Shown piece after piece: positions 12,701 through 27,800 of a DNA stretch of 64,000 bases. The notes under the pieces are model-generated. The model was given only the letters and a program-made list of their open reading frames with translations. It searched no databases and was not told where the DNA came from. Position 1 is the first letter of the stretch; every line of letters begins with the position of its first letter. Origin of the DNA: Epiperipatus broadwayi (taxonomy: Eukaryota; Animalia; Onychophora); assembly GCA_028023455.1 (NCBI GenBank), contig JAQFVV010000003.1:10912001-10976000 (forward strand), read 5' to 3'. Position numbers and translations under genes: made by a program.

Positions 12701-15700
12701 TTATAAATATTATAATTAATGGATATACATATGTATGAAAAAATAAGATGAAGTACCATTAAAGAGACCTTCCATCTGTAATGGTATGATAATGATAAAA
12801 TGGAAAAATAAATTATATGTAACAAATGGAAAAATAGTGAAAGATACTACCATATCATTTAAAATCTAAATGAAAATTTATCATTGCCATTAATTGAACA
12901 TAACAATCTAATGATTACATTCATTTTAAAAGCACTATTGGATTTAAAAGCCATGCCTTTATTGTATATTTCTAACATATTTTAATATTTCAAGAGATAT
13001 CATGGTGTAATTAGTTGCTTATATATTTCAAAGTTAGCTTTATTCTTTCTTTCTTCATTTTATTTTATGCTACTGAAATGAATTACACACACTAGTTCAA
13101 TATCTGATCATCATGAGCCATGTCACTCTTGGCATTAATTGTGACAATAGGACTGTGTGTTTGAGCAAGCACATTCTTATACTTTAATTACGCAATTATC
13201 TATTCTCATTCCAATATTTTCTTTTTTTTCTTTTGTTTTCCATAAATTTTGTTGTTTGTTTGTTTATTTATTTGTTTATTTTTTGAGTAATCAACATACT
13301 CATTTACAAATGGCTTTTAATGATGATGATGATATTTACATATGTATAATATGCTTCTGTCTAAAAGTATATGGGATTAACTGAGCAATGGGATGTTATG
13401 CTGTGCAATAACATTTAATCATTAGCAATCATTTGGTTATTGATGATGATGATGTTTAAAATAATGAAGTTCCCTATATAAGTAAATAAAATGCATAATA
13501 AGTAAAAAAAATATAATTTTATTCATGACAACAAATATTATTACAATTATTTTAATGAAATTATGTGAAATGGGCAAAATCATACTTGACCTAATCCATG
13601 TTGTGACCTTGTGGTCAATATATTATACTAGACATAGGTAAAAACACCAAAAAAATTTCAATTCATAATAATAATTATTAGCAAGGGGCAATTCTTTATT
13701 TTGTTTGCAATAAATGAGAGAGGAAAATTATTTCTTGAAAAATAAAATGGTTTCCATAAAATACTATTAGCATCAAATCCTTATAAATATGTCCAGAAAT
13801 AGCCTGGAATAACATATTTGTAATTTATGACTGATTTATTCCCAGCCAGTGTGTATTTTAGATAAAATTTAATACAAATGTTTCTCAGCAAGACATCCAT
13901 TTTTTATTTCTATTTCATGTGGGTTTTAATTCTATTGGGGAAGAAGTTCAGTTGTATTAAAATATAAATAACTCCTGAGAAGTCTCTTCAGGTAAATTCA
14001 TTTCTCACATAAAATATTTTGCTGTCAGCTACAAAAAAAATAAATATTCATAATGCAATTTAATTTTATTTAATAACAAAAAAAAATTGAATGAAAATAT
14101 ATTTGATTACAACATTAAAATCAACTAAAATACATACTCTATATAATGTCAAATCAATGAATGTTAATTGCAAGTTTAAGCTTCAAAACTATAATGCAAT
14201 TTGATATTGAAAGATAATTTACTCTACTCATCATCATCGTTAGCAATACGATTAATTTACTCTTATCTACCCCTTAAGATCATCAACCAATTTGTTTCTG
14301 TTATATTGCTTGACAGTCTTATTTGATAATCAATTTTTCAATCAAAAATATTGCTAAAGACCAAACAAATAACTTTTTTTTTTAAATTTAATGTTAACAG
14401 TCGGAGTAATTTACAATAGTTGTAAGTTTCAAAAATAACCTACACTGTTTCCACCAGGCATATGCAAATTTAATGAGAATTTTTAGGAAAAAAAAACTAA
14501 TCCACAATGAGTATACTGCAAGAGTAAATATATTACAAATGAAAACAGAAGATTTACAATAGATTTTATTTATAATCAATTGGTGGCAGCACAAACGAAT
14601 ATGAGCTCAGTGTATGTAGCAAATGTTTATGCAATGACTGATTGCAACAAAAAAAAAAAGCAACTGCATTCACCTGCAAAAAAATGTTTGGTTGGCATTC
14701 TTGTGAGCAGAAACACTTAATATAGGAGTAATATAAAAGGCTTAAAATATATGTGAAATGGAAAAATCTGGCTAACCCTGGATTAGAAACTAGATAGGCC
14801 TGTTTATAAAACTATCACAGAATACAAACCGATTAAAGCAATAAATCACTTTTAATTTCCGAATAAAAGCAAGAAAAAAAAACTGCAGAATACAACAAAA
14901 GGAATATTATCAAAAAATATTATGTTATGCTGTAAAAAGAATGTTTCAACAACTGTAATTATAATACTATTCAACATTTAAAATTGAAAATTCTTCCATA
15001 CCTATAATATAACTTTGACTTTGTGCCAAGCAATTTTTGTCACTAAAAAATTATGAAAACATTAAGTATTTAGAGATTCAACAAAAAAAATTCTTCAGTA
15101 ATGAAATCAAATAGTTTGAGTATTGATAACTGTACAATGTAATGACTAAATTGCTTTCTTTTATTTTTTGATAAACATATTAAGCTACAATTTTTAATTA
15201 TAAATTTATTAACAAAATTGATTGATAATAATTGAAATTTTCTCATGATTGTTTATCCAATATAAAGCATTCCACTTATGCATAAGTTGTCCTCAAAGGA
15301 AGATGATATCACTGCAAATATTTAATAAGAATATTAAAGCCTTCTACAGATTTCTTAATAAAATTAAAAATTATAGAGCAATCAATGATGAAATATAAAT
15401 TTTTATATAGACCTAAACAAGAATAATAATAGAAGAAATATCCAAAATTATTAAGAAAGAGAATGTTGGTCAAAATAATGGGATCATATATTAATGTGGA
15501 AATACATATCATTATAACTTTGGCTTCTTTTCTTTCACATAAAAACTGTAAAAAAGTAATAAGTATTTGACAAAAATTGGTAAATTTGCTTTTATTTCTT
15601 GAAATAAAATATTGAACTTGTACGTATTTAAAAGGATTTAAATATAGGAATGAGTTGGAATATCAGAGTTCAAAAGAGCTAATTTAATGTCTACAAACTG

Positions 15701-15908
15701 AAAATCTCAAATAATAGGATGTATTCTCTAAATACGGGAAACTAAAGCATTATAGAATGAATGTGATTGGAAATTAATCAGCAAAGAATATTCTCTGTAG
15801 TTAATAGGTTTTACAATGTCTAGGATCATATTCAGAACATATGTCCCCAACATAGAACCACCAAATCAATAGGACTGTTATAATTACTACTATATTGTCT
15901 TCATTGAA

Positions 15909-15917
15909 TTTTTGATT

Positions 15918-15955
<38 letters not shown>

Positions 15956-15964
15956 AATCAAAAA
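15909..15964. repeat. Perfect palindrome centred on a (TA)16 tract
   Basis: TTTTTGATTTGA (TA)n TCAAATCAAAAA. Confidence 0.8.
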
Positions 15965-17339
15965 TATCATATATAATATATATATATATATATATTCTAA
16001 TGATGTGAATTAGTAATCCTTCCCTGTCAGGAATATATAAAAGTGTTTGGAGAGAAAGAAGTAGTGTTTTAAAGTAAGAATAAAATACATCAAAATGTTA
16101 TATTAATAATAATTTATAATTATTTTTTCTAATAGGTAAAAAAAAATTACATTTTATAGTTTTTTTATTTAACTTCTTATTAAATCTAAAATGTATCTCT
16201 TTTTATAGTTTATTGTGCAATCTAAAGGATCTATAGTAATATCTACTAATTATGCAGGTATCAGATGCATAAATAAATGGTGATAGAATATAGTTATTAA
16301 AATCTTTTCTTTTAATATTAAACTATTTCTTCTGAAAGCAGCCAATTCAAGTTTAATTCTATGATTAATTTTTTTAACTATGATTCCAACAAACTTAAAC
16401 AATGAAAAATATTTGAGATTTTTTAGCATTTATCTTTAATTATTTATATCTTATTTAATAGGTCTTGTAACATTGCACTATAACAAAATCCAAAAGATTT
16501 TACTATTTATTTGTACTTCCTTTAAAATATAAATCTATTTTGTGAAATAAACAAGTCAGAATACAATATAAAATTTACAAGCCAGGTTTTTAAAGAATCA
16601 AATAATGCTGATTTTTTTGCTACCCCAATGACAGTCTACTTAATCAGCCATAAAATCATTAAATGATTATTAAAATCATTATTACTTCATATAAATAAAT
16701 ATTTGAAATTATAAAAAAAGGCTTTATTTTAAAAACAAAAGTTGCCACAAATAAAGAGTTTCAGCCTTTTCCCCAAATATTAATGCATGATTTACTACTA
16801 AATTACAAATCAAATGTAGATAAAGGTAATAAATCTTTTATCTCACAAAATAGATAGATGTTAATATAACAAAAGGTAGGCTTTATAAACAGATTTATTT
16901 TTTAAATGATTCTTTTAAAATCTGGATTGTCATTTATTTTTATAATATATTCTTACTTGTTTGTTTCATGAAATAGATTTACAAAATATTAAAGCATGTG
17001 TACTTTATTGAAATATATTCTTAAATTTAAATATATTTTTTTAAATGAAGTACTTAATCAAACACCACTTATCAACTTTGATATCAGGATTAAAATAATC
17101 AGTCAATCAACCCATTCATAAATGGTTTCACATCTTACAATATCAATATTCAGCTGGCTGCTGAGTCTATTACAATTTTTTCCATTTCAATAAACAAAAT
17201 TTGCTCTACATAAATACTAGATTTTAGAGCTTGAAATAATACATGTTACAGATTAATGTTATTATGATAAAATAGTGGGATCAGTGTTAAAAGTTGTGAA
17301 ACAATTTCAAAACTGGATGTGCTGATTGGCTATTATTAA

Positions 17340-17635
17340 ATATAGGTATTTATATATTATTCCTGTGACATGAAGCATGTATTAGACATGCTGTGCCTTT
17401 TCACATTCATATCAATCCACTAATAACTTTCTAATCTTATGATCTGACCAAAATAACATGTGCACGGATCTTGTACATGATATTTTCACAAGATTTATGA
17501 AAATAACATGTACATGGATCTTGAACATGATATTTTCATAAGATTTACAAAGTTATCGGTGGGTTGAATATGTATGTGAAAAGGTTTAGCATGACTAAAT
17601 ATGTGCTCCATGTTGCTTAGGACTAAAAATACTAC
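17340..17635. repeat. ~100-bp imperfect inverted arms enclosing two ~50-bp tandem units
   Basis: CATGCTGTGCCTTTTCACATTCATATCAATCCACTAATAACTTTCTAATCTTATGA versus its reverse complement at 17537-17600; internal repeat AAAATAACATGTRCAYGGATCTTGWACATGATATTTTCAYAAGATTTA twice. Confidence 0.75.
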
Positions 17636-17726
17636 TTCTACAAAAAATATAAACAATTTGGAGCATAATTTACCAAAAAAAGAAATCTTAAAAATTACAC
17701 TTTTAACAACAGTTAAAAAAAATTAA

Positions 17727-18320
17727 TTTGCCATTCAGAAATATATATGACTTTCACAAGAAAAATATAAAATATGTGCAGAATATAAATTAATAACAGT
17801 ACTAAACATATAACATTTGACAAAAAATCAATATTGAACAGTAAATTTCAAATCAATCAATACAAGATACCATTACACAAAAAGTCAAAACTGTTACTTT
17901 GCCATATAGAAATATATATGACTTTCACAGGAAAAATATAAAATATGGTGCAGAATATAAATTAATAACAGTATTAAACATATGAATTTGACCAAAAAAT
18001 CAATATTAAAGAATAAATTTTTTAACAATCAATATGAAATGCCATTATACAAAAAGTCGCAAATGTTACTTTGCCATACTGAAATATATATGACATTTAC
18101 ATGAAAAAGTATAAAATGTATAACAATACTAAAGATATAAATTTCAGCAAAAAAATAATAACCGATCTTAAAAAGTAAATTTTTAACAAGAGTTCAAAAC
18201 AAAAAAAAAATATTAATTTGCCATACAGAAAAATATATATGATTTTTTACAGGAAAAAATTTGAAACATGATGCAGAATATTCATTTATAACAATACTAA
18301 AGATATGAATTTGCTCATAA
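17727..18320. repeat. ~171-bp tandem repeat, about 3.7 diverged copies
   Basis: TTTGCCAT..AAATATATATGA unit starts at 17727, 17898, 18070 and 18217. Confidence 0.8.
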
Positions 18321-18689
18321 ATTGCTAAATTACAAAAATTGCAAAAAATATTATTAAAAAAAGCATAAAATATACACATATGCTACTTACTGTGCAATAT
18401 ATAATAGGAATTTTTGCAAATGAATAAATCTAAGTTGTCTGTTGTATTATAAGCCAATTAGATTTTCTGAAAAAATGGAGTCTTGAAGTAAAAAAAAATT
18501 CCCTCCAAAATGAACACGTGATTGTGCAGTATATCACCTGAATGGGATTTTGTTAAAACATGGTAATAAATAAATGTGTGTTTTTTGTTTTTTTTTTTTA
18601 AAAAGGCAAATTATTCATAAAATAAAAAAATATAACACTTTTATTAATTATTCATATTGATGGCCAATTTTTTTTTATTTTGTTCATTA

Positions 18690-18835
18690 TGCAAATGAAT
18701 GTATCATTATCTTATGACATCTATGCCACATAAATTCAGTCAAATTTGAATCCATGTGTTGTTGTGATGTTTGTCGCTGTTGCTTATGTCATTTTGCTGA
18801 ACTCCAAAGTTTTTTGATGTTTTGGGAAAGTACAG
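18690..18835 (-). mobile_element. Merlin (IS1595/ISXO2-like) transposase C-terminal remnant
   Basis: LSQNIKKLWSSAK*HKQQRQTSQQHMDSNLTEFMWHR resembles the HTQxIExLW..AK....GT...LxSYLxEFMWR motif. Confidence 0.6.
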
Positions 18836-18903
18836 TTATTTACTCACTTAAAATCAAATGAATTAAGCAACAATGAAACTGAAAATGGTCAATAACTATG
18901 AAG

Positions 18904-19150
18904 AAAAAATGCAATGCAATTAAAATCAAGCTGTTGTCAGAATGAAATCTTGACCAAAAACTGGGCAATAAAAAATGGTTATTGGAAAAAAATTCTTTTC
19001 TTAGCAGATTGGATAAAAAACACATGAAAAAAATGTAATGCAATTGAAATCAAGCTGCTATCAGAATGAAATCTTAAACAAATACTGGGCAAAAAGAAAT
19101 TGGTTTTGGCAAAAAAAAAATTGATTGGAGATCAGATAAAAAACACATTT
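18904..19150. repeat. ~124-bp tandem duplication
   Basis: AAAAAATGYAATGCAATTRAAATCAAGCTGYTRTCAGAATGAAATCTT.. occurs twice. Confidence 0.8.
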
Positions 19151-19860
19151 AGTTACAAGATCAGATAAAAATATTGCAGGTTTACTTGAATTTATTTGAC
19201 CTAATCGCAATGTTAATATTTATCGCAGATGTGAAAAGGTGCCACAGATCTATCTAACACATGCCATGTCACAGAACTAATATGTAAGTATCTAAATATT
19301 ATAAGTTGGTATATATTATAGGTGTTTGTTTGGCTTGATTGTTGACCATCATTTGAATAGTTAATTTATATTTAATTTCCAGTGTACCTGTATGCACATT
19401 TGGATTTTTAATATATTTTAAGTTCCCTGTTTGAAAGCAAATGGAAATAACTAGGTAATAGGGTATGAAGATCAAGTGCTAACACTTGGTTATTGTTGAC
19501 ATTGGTAGTTTGTCATTGCTAATCAATGTCTTAATAAAATGTTACTTAATTTTTCACCACTTTATGTGAGCCTTATATATAAGCAGACATCTATTATATT
19601 CATACACACATATTTTAGTGAATTAGTTTAAGTAAATATCTTTTTTAAAATATATATTTAAAATATAGGCAATTTCTTAAATACAATACTTTTTTTTTTT
19701 CAAATAAATGTAGACTTTCACTTTTATTACAAAATTTTATTGTTTGTCTTAAAATTAACAATACAATTTTAATAATTTAAAAAGTTAAGAAAAAAGTTAA
19801 TTAAAATGATTATTTATATTATACAATATATGCAATATTAGGATGAAAAATTTACATTAA

Positions 19861-20649
19861 CAACCAGTCATTCCGTCGGACAAACCTCCACCCTCGAAGA
19901 TAAGCTGGCTAAATCAGATACTTGGCTACCTTTTTGCTCACAATGGCCATTCAGCCCTAGTATTCAGACAGAAAATTTCTATTTGGGACACTCATGACCT
20001 GTTATTTCCCACTCAAAACTCTACCCTTCCTTACCTCAGTAGTAAGAATCAAGTGGTCACCAGGTTTTTCAAACATCTCAAGCTAGAGCCAATGTTCCTG
20101 GACTTCCTATTGAAAATCAACCTGGATTCACTCTAGATGAACTGGTTCCTGCACTACAGGAGATTTTTCAAGAACATAGATCCTATGTGTCACAACTGCC
20201 ACAGAACCTCTGAAACCTTTGACCACATGATAAATGATTGCCCGGCATATGATAAAATCAGAACATTCATTTCTCACAACTACCACAATTCCCTGAACAA
20301 AATATTAGATATCAAGAGCTGCTTCCTGTCTAGGGATTATGTCATCTCAAGACTTTTGACCTTCATCACTTATGCCACCTGGCTGGCCAGATGTCAAAAC
20401 AAGTTCACCATTCCTCATCCCAGCCTGAAGACATATTCATTTCTAAGTTGAAGGAATTTCGCCATAAGGTCAGTATCATCTCGTCCAGATTTTTATTTGA
20501 TAACACATGGAGCCTGATTAAGCTAGATTAAATAACACTAGTAGCACATCAGACCATCTGGTTGCCCGAGCAACACGGATTACTTTCATTTTATTTACAA
20601 TTGCATCTTTCTTACATATGTATTTCAATAAAGTTATTTATATATAAAC
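19861..20649 (+). mobile_element. L1/Tx1-like LINE 3' fragment
   Basis: ORF 20137 contains MCHNCHRTSETFDHMINDCP..TWLARCQNKF (zf-RVT-like CCHC); AATAAA near the 3' end; 10-bp TSD TTTACATTAA at 19851-19860 and 20650-20659. Confidence 0.8.
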
Positions 20650-22544
20650 TTTACATTAAGGGCCAATAATATTATTAAAATAAGTATTTTTTTTACATTA
20701 GACTACACATATAACCACTTCCTCCATTTTATTGTAATAAATAATTGAATGATTCATTGTTTAGAAGTTCATAAGAAGTTCAAGCATTAGAAATGAAAGA
20801 GTTGAGCATTGTTATGAAAAATCAGTAGCAAAGAATACCATTTCCTTCTATTATTACAATGAAAGGTAAAGAAAAAAATTATGAGCTTAGTAACCATATA
20901 TATTTCTCCCATCAATGGTAAAGGCTGCAACAAAATATAAATATTTTTTTTAATTTAACAGTTAGTACATCAACACTTATCTAATCATTCATATCAATCT
21001 TAAATTTTTACTACCCTAGATAACTAACTGGATTGGTTACTTTGAAATCTCTTTAAAAAAATCTAGTCTTTTATAACCTAAGTATAGGGGATTTGAACTT
21101 AACCTGAAAAAATTTACAAAATTCAATGTGACTATGTATATTGTTGTTAACTATACAGTTTCATAACTAAGCAAATGCTTTCCCAAAAATTTCTAGTAAT
21201 TTCTTTGGGTACTACTGTAGTCAATATGATTACTTTAACTCATTATATCATTTATCTTCTTTTTCTCCCTCTACCTGATGACATCCATTTATTTGACAGC
21301 TTACTCCATTTATTACTTTATTTATTTATAATGTGTCGCATCTACTATTTTAGAGGTTTTGTTTTTCTAAGAATGACTTTCACTCTGATGTTTTTGAATC
21401 TATATTCTGGATTCTCATATAGCATGCTTTTTTTTTTTCATTGCACATATATAATCACACATAATTAAACACACCAACATAATGAATTTGTGTTTATAAT
21501 TTTGAAATAAAATATTCTTAATGAGTTATATTAAAATTAAAAACAAGAATAAGTACATTTGTTTGGATTCTCAACAATTTATTAAAGTGATTCATTTATT
21601 TAGCACAATTTTGGTTTAATAATATAGTTAAAAATGTCAATATTCTTTTATCTTTTTAGAATGACAGTTGAAGAGTTGCACAATCAGGATATCTATTCTT
21701 ATCCAAACTCCTCCTACTTGTATTCAGCAAGGAAGTTAAGTGCCCTAATAAGTAATTAATTACAAGTAGGAGAATAAATCTCCGTTTAAGGAAATATAAA
21801 ATACTTGTAAATTTATAAATGAAAACATTAAAAAAAAAATTGCAACACAAATAAATATTATTCACATTTGGGAACTCATCGAAGTATCTTAATAATGCAA
21901 AGATTTGTAAATTAGGCTTAATTATTTTTGGATTAATTTCAACTGGAAAGCTCATTAAAGTTTATAATGTAGCTTTCAATATGATCAAGTGATAGCATTT
22001 GGTTGAATTCAATGGCTCTCTTCACACTTTATTCCGGGAATCATTATATAGAGCTATATCATAAACTTTTAACGATCCCTCTATAACATAATAAAAATGC
22101 ATGTAAAGTGTGACTATATAGAAAGTCAATTTACCAACAATGATAAACAAGTTTGTTTAAAGCCATATTTATACTTGAGATATAACATTATTATTTTAAT
22201 ATTATATGGGATTCTTATGTTTGTTAATTATTATTACTATTCTTTACTTTTCTTTCCACTTGATCATTTCTTTTACCCAGAATTTTCATATTTCTGGCTT
22301 TCATCTTCAATTCTTTTACAAATTAATCTAAGGTCTGTACATTTTTATAAGATTCCCTTCTACTTTCAATTTATAATATTCCTTCAATAACTCTTTCCTT
22401 CCCAAAAATATCATTAAGGCAATTGCTGATAAATGTTTATAACTTATGAGGCAGCTAATGAGTTTTTTCTAAATTGAACACTGTATTCAAAGATCTGTGG
22501 TTTGTTTTAATTTTTATATCTCAGAACCTTCATGTATGCTAAAA

Positions 22545-22800
22545 AGGACCAAAAAATTTTTTTAGGCATCTCCAGTAATTAATTACATATGTTCCAACAA
22601 AACTATCTCTCTGTTCATTGAACCATTTAATATGCTGGGGCTATAAGATGATTCCCTTGAATTCTGTCTGCGTTTACATCACAGTTTGTAATTGGTTGAT
22701 AACTCAGATACTTTTTGTATCTAGCTTATAATTTTCACGATGCTATCTCCCACTGGCTTGGGCAGTCTATATGTCAAACATTTATACCACTCTTTTTATA
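22545..22800 (-). mobile_element. Mariner transposase N-terminal remnant
   Basis: EWYKC..AQASGR..IQKVSEL..SYSPSIL with frameshifts; resembles the mariner EWYKRF..PRSGRP..KV..L helix-turn-helix region. Confidence 0.4.
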
Positions 22801-23083
22801 AATTTATCTTTTGAAAAAGCAATTAATAAATTGAAAAATCCTCATTTTCTTGAATATCTTTCGTATTAAATATTATGTATTATTATTATTATTTAAAATA
22901 GCAACAATATTTGTTACTAATATTAGAAAAAATACATATCTATAGTAAAATCTAATAATATTTATATATATATATATTAAAACAAGATTATTCTGTTATT
23001 TAAACAAACACTTTACTAATGTCATGCCTTCAAGCATTGAGAATGTAATTAATTTCATATTCTACAAAATTTTTTTTTATATA

Positions 23084-24840
23084 CACCTGGGTCTCTTTTT
23101 ATGCAGATTTATTTAATGCGATTTTGAAGTTACATGATTCACGTTTCTTCGGAAGTCGAACTCCGATAATGAGCTATTACTTTAAATAATAAATTTCGCG
23201 CACTTACATCATATTGAAAGTAATAGCACATTATTGGAATTTGACTTTCATCTTAGTAATTTCAATATTTTCAGTGCTTTATAAAAGTAAGATTTTATGT
23301 AATAATGAAATTAAAATCATGATTTCCACATTTTATGTATACACACATTAAATTTTACAAGATTATAATGTAAATTTGTTCAAACATTGTGCGTGTTAAT
23401 TTAGCATTTTAAATCACATTCTGTTTTTGCTTTTTAAAAAAGAACATAATCAATTATTAATCATTTAGTGTCCACAAGTTTATTTTTAATTATTTTCTTA
23501 TTAACCAAAAGACTGTTTCTTACGAAGCTCCTCGTAGACATCTGACATCACTCTAACTCTGCCAGTTATTATGCTAAAATATTCATTTTACAGGTATTGA
23601 ATAGATTTTTAAAAGTTCTGTAAGATGGTGACCTCTTCCGATTTATTTTACAAGTAAAAAATAAAAAAAATGCATTTAAACCTAGACAAAGAAAGAACAT
23701 GAGTTTTGATTGGTTCTTAGCATGCTCTCAGCCGAAAAAGACATTCTGATTGGCTGGAAAGAACAAAGAAACCGCCTGATCAAAGAAAATAAAGAAAAAC
23801 ACTGAGATTTTCATTTCAAATATAATTTTAAAGAATATTAAGTATATATTCAGTAATTACAAATGATTTTCAGAGAGAATAATAAAAAAACAAAATTATT
23901 TTCGAAAAATATTGAAGATTTTAGTAAAAATATTAAAGAAATATTTAAAAGAAATATTTACTTTTCTATAACGTAAAATCGACCTTTTTGTGTATATTAC
24001 AGCTTTTATGTTGCCGAAATTGAATATTTTAGAATAAATAAATAGCAATTTATTTTTGAAAGAACTTTCGTTCTCTTCATAACCTGAAAAATTAGTAATA
24101 TACTTTTTATAAACGTATCTGAGTTGAATTTAATATTATAGGCGAATATGTTTTAACAATAGGCTTTGTCTTCAGTTTGTGAGTTGGCCAATTAAAAGAT
24201 TTGATTTTTACCTCATACAACCAATAATATAATTAGCGGTTAAAAGGTTAATGACACTAATCACGAATGTGCTCTTAAATTCCAACGAGAGCTAAATGGT
24301 TGTATGTCTGGATATCGCGAGCTTCATAAACAATTAATAAAATCGTCTCAAAGATTAATTACTAATTACATTGTCACCAGAAAACCACTAACCCAACATG
24401 AGAGTGAAGTTGGCACTAATTGTATTTCCTCTTGCGAATGAATCTGATTTTTTACCAGTTTGCAAATGAATCTGTTTATCGGCAAGTAGCGATAATAATT
24501 AAAATGTGTATAAAAAATGTCAATTACTGTACTGTAAATTATGCATAAAAATATATTATTTTGAATAAAATTAAATATTATAGTTAAAAAAAGTTTGTCT
24601 TGTATCAATTTTTTTCAAATTTGAAATTTTTTATTAGTCATATTTTATTTGCTTATTATTTTTTTTTTTTTGTGCAAATTTTAAAGCAATTTTACATTGG
24701 TGCTTTGCTTTTATGCGATTTTTGAAAAAACACAGTCCGTATCTCCCCTTTTTCAAGGTAAGTTACATCTATTTTTGCACGATTTCATTTGCGCGTGTTT
24801 TCTGAGGAACCTATCTATCGCATAAAACGAGACCCAGATG
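23084..24840 (+). mobile_element. pogo/Tigger-like deletion derivative
   Basis: TA flanks; TIR CACCTGGGTCTCTTTTTATGC / GCATAAAACGAGACCCAGATG; Tigger-like C-terminus DTNHECALKFQRELNGCMSGYRELHKQL..QRLITNY at ~24253-24375. Confidence 0.75.
23505..24247. mobile_element. piggyBac-like non-autonomous element nested in the Tigger element
   Basis: TTAA at 23501-23504 and 24248-24251; homologous along its length to 34514-35289. Confidence 0.7.
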
Positions 24841-27800
24841 TACATGTATTCAATAAAAGAAAAAAACATTAAATATAAAAGGTTTTTTTTTAAATAAAAA
24901 TAAGTAGGATTTTTAAAGTCACTGATTTCAAATTCAGTAAAGATTTCAGATTAGATTTTGAATTGATTACTTGATTTTATTATAAATATTAGAATATTGT
25001 CTTAAATTCCAATCAAAACCATAAAACATTAATAGATTATTTAAATATAATATTACTCCTCATTTACCACCACCACAATCAATGAAAAAGTGGCAGATTC
25101 TAAAAACTAAAGCTTTCCCGAATGATTTGCAACTGAGTTAAAAAAAAAAACAGTTTAGTCAATTCAATAAATCTAGTCTAATTACCACTTGGATGGTCAA
25201 ATAAAACATGACCTGTTGAGTTATTATATTCTATCCTTCCCAGAAGTCTCTCAACAAGCCTTACATGTTCTCTAATATGTTTCTAGCTTTCAGCTGGAGA
25301 ATAATGGTTAGGGTTTTTTCTTCTATATTTTTTTAATAATCTTCTGGTTAATTTCCACTTTTTAGTCTTAAATCTCAAAATTCCTATTAAACATCTCTCA
25401 TCCTTCTAAATATATAACTTTTTTTCTTTTATTCATATAAACTCCCTTACATATCTAGTTTTGTTCACCTGCCTTAACTTTTTTTTTTCTGTTCATGTTT
25501 ATAAATGTTTTTCTTCTTTTTTTTTAATTGTATATACTCCTATTTGATAAAAAGTACATTGCAAAACTAAAATTTTATTAATCTTTTTCTCAAATCTAAT
25601 TTATTTAATGAACAAATAAACTTTTTAGATTGAAACCATCTGGGTCTGTGGTCAATTTTATCTTTAATTCTTCTTTACCATTTTATACTTTTCTCCATTC
25701 TCAAATACACAAATTCCTTAATAATTAAAATTGCTGCTATAACTTATTATTTAATTCCCAGTAATGTTTTAAGTTAAGAATAAGTAAATAATCACAAAAT
25801 TTGTTGCTCTGAGATTCAAATGATGTTGAGTGCCAAAATTATAGACTGAGCACAATAGTCCCATTCATTTGACAATATACTTTCCTTTTCTTTACATTTC
25901 TCAGATGAAAATCAATTCAGGAATCGTTAGTTCTGGAATCAGTCACTCTTAATATTAAGCTAAATTATATAGGCTAAGTTATTAATTATAATTCTTTATT
26001 TTCACATTGTTTGTTTTTTTTTACTTTTCATTTATGTCCTCATGTACTTTTTAAATACTATTTTAATCTATTGTTCTTTCTTTTCATTCTGACAAGGTAT
26101 GAATCTGATAACACACTGTTCACTATAATCATATTGGCTGCTAAATAATGTGTGAATATATCACTTGATACATTTATCTCATTGATAATTTTTTCCAAAC
26201 ATATACTGCACAAAACAGAGAACAAACAGCATCCCTCACTCATTCATCACCCAATTTCATCTCATTAATTCACTTATCATTGGCAACTAAAATCTGTTTA
26301 CATAAAAGACTTAATTTCAGCTTAAACTTCATAAATGTAGCCACAATACATTTCTAGATAGCCAAATCTCTGATTCATAATATCTGGTTTTGATAGTTTA
26401 CTTTTGTTTTAAAAATTTATATACCGGAAATTTTCTAAAAACGTAAAAATTTAAAATTAAAAGTGATATGTTAAATAATATCACTTATATTGGGAATCAT
26501 TATATAGAGAGATTTCATTCACTTGTAATTTTAGATATAATTTGTGTTAGCAGTTCAATAATGTTTGTAAAACACACACACACAAACGCTTCTACATTCT
26601 GTTATTCCAAATTTCATTGGCTATAATGATAAACTTTTGCTTTATTTCTTCTTTTTTTAAATGTCAAAGATTATTGACTATTTTTTTTAAATTGTAATAA
26701 AACTAACAGGCAGGAGTGTTTCCAACATAAGTTTAGAAAATAAGAATTTATTTTGCTAGTTCTGGAGAGTTAATTTTTGTTCAAATAATTTATAGATTCA
26801 ATGTTTTAAGATAAGATTATAGAGCTTTACGCTTCCAAAGTTCCTTATAAATCAAAAATCGTATGTAAAAAAACAAGCAATTATGAAGATTTCCTATGGC
26901 AAGATATTCAATAAAAATAACTTAAAATTGAAAAAAATAATATCTGGATAAATAATTTATTAAGTATATTCTTAATATATAAAAAATAACTTATGTGTAA
27001 ATAGTGTATAATTAAAACATTTCAGTTACTGTGAGTTTTTTAAAAGGTATAATTTTACATTTTGCAAACACTATTTTGAATTCATTACATCAAATAAGGC
27101 TGATATTCCATTGAAGCAGAATCCATTAAATTAAAATAAAATGTATGTAAAAATAATTAAATTAATATAATATATATATTAAAATGTATTTTTGTGCTTT
27201 TTATATTAGGGGTTATCAATGTTTTTTTTTGTTTTTGTAATTAATCTAATCTTTAATTATTATTTTTTCAGCACTGTTTAAAAACATTTTAAAAATCATG
27301 TCTACTTTTTTAAAAATAAAAATAGGTTTTAATTAAATAAAAAAATGTAATGAAAGGCTGATAACTGCAATTTCAGAAATGTAGATGATGATGACGATGA
27401 TGATGATGATTATTATTATTATTATTATTATTAATTTTCTGCCAAAAGCATTTACACTTGTAAGTCAGTATTTTTGTCTGACAGAAATAATTTCTATTAG
27501 TAAGAGAATTTCAAACAAAAATTGATTAAATGAAAACTGTTTTTAAAATAATGTATACAATTTATTTTCAGTATTATAAAGCTTGGTCATCTCAGCACCA
27601 TAGTTTTCTTTACTCATATCATGTTCAAATATATTAACTTTTATGTTTAAAAATATAACATTTACAAATAAAATCAAAATGTATATATATGTAAAATATT
27701 TATTGTACAATTATTGTTTAAAAATAATCAGAAATATTTAATAAACTAGGAAAAAATCATATTCTTTTATTCCAAAAATTTTCTCATCATAATTGTGTAA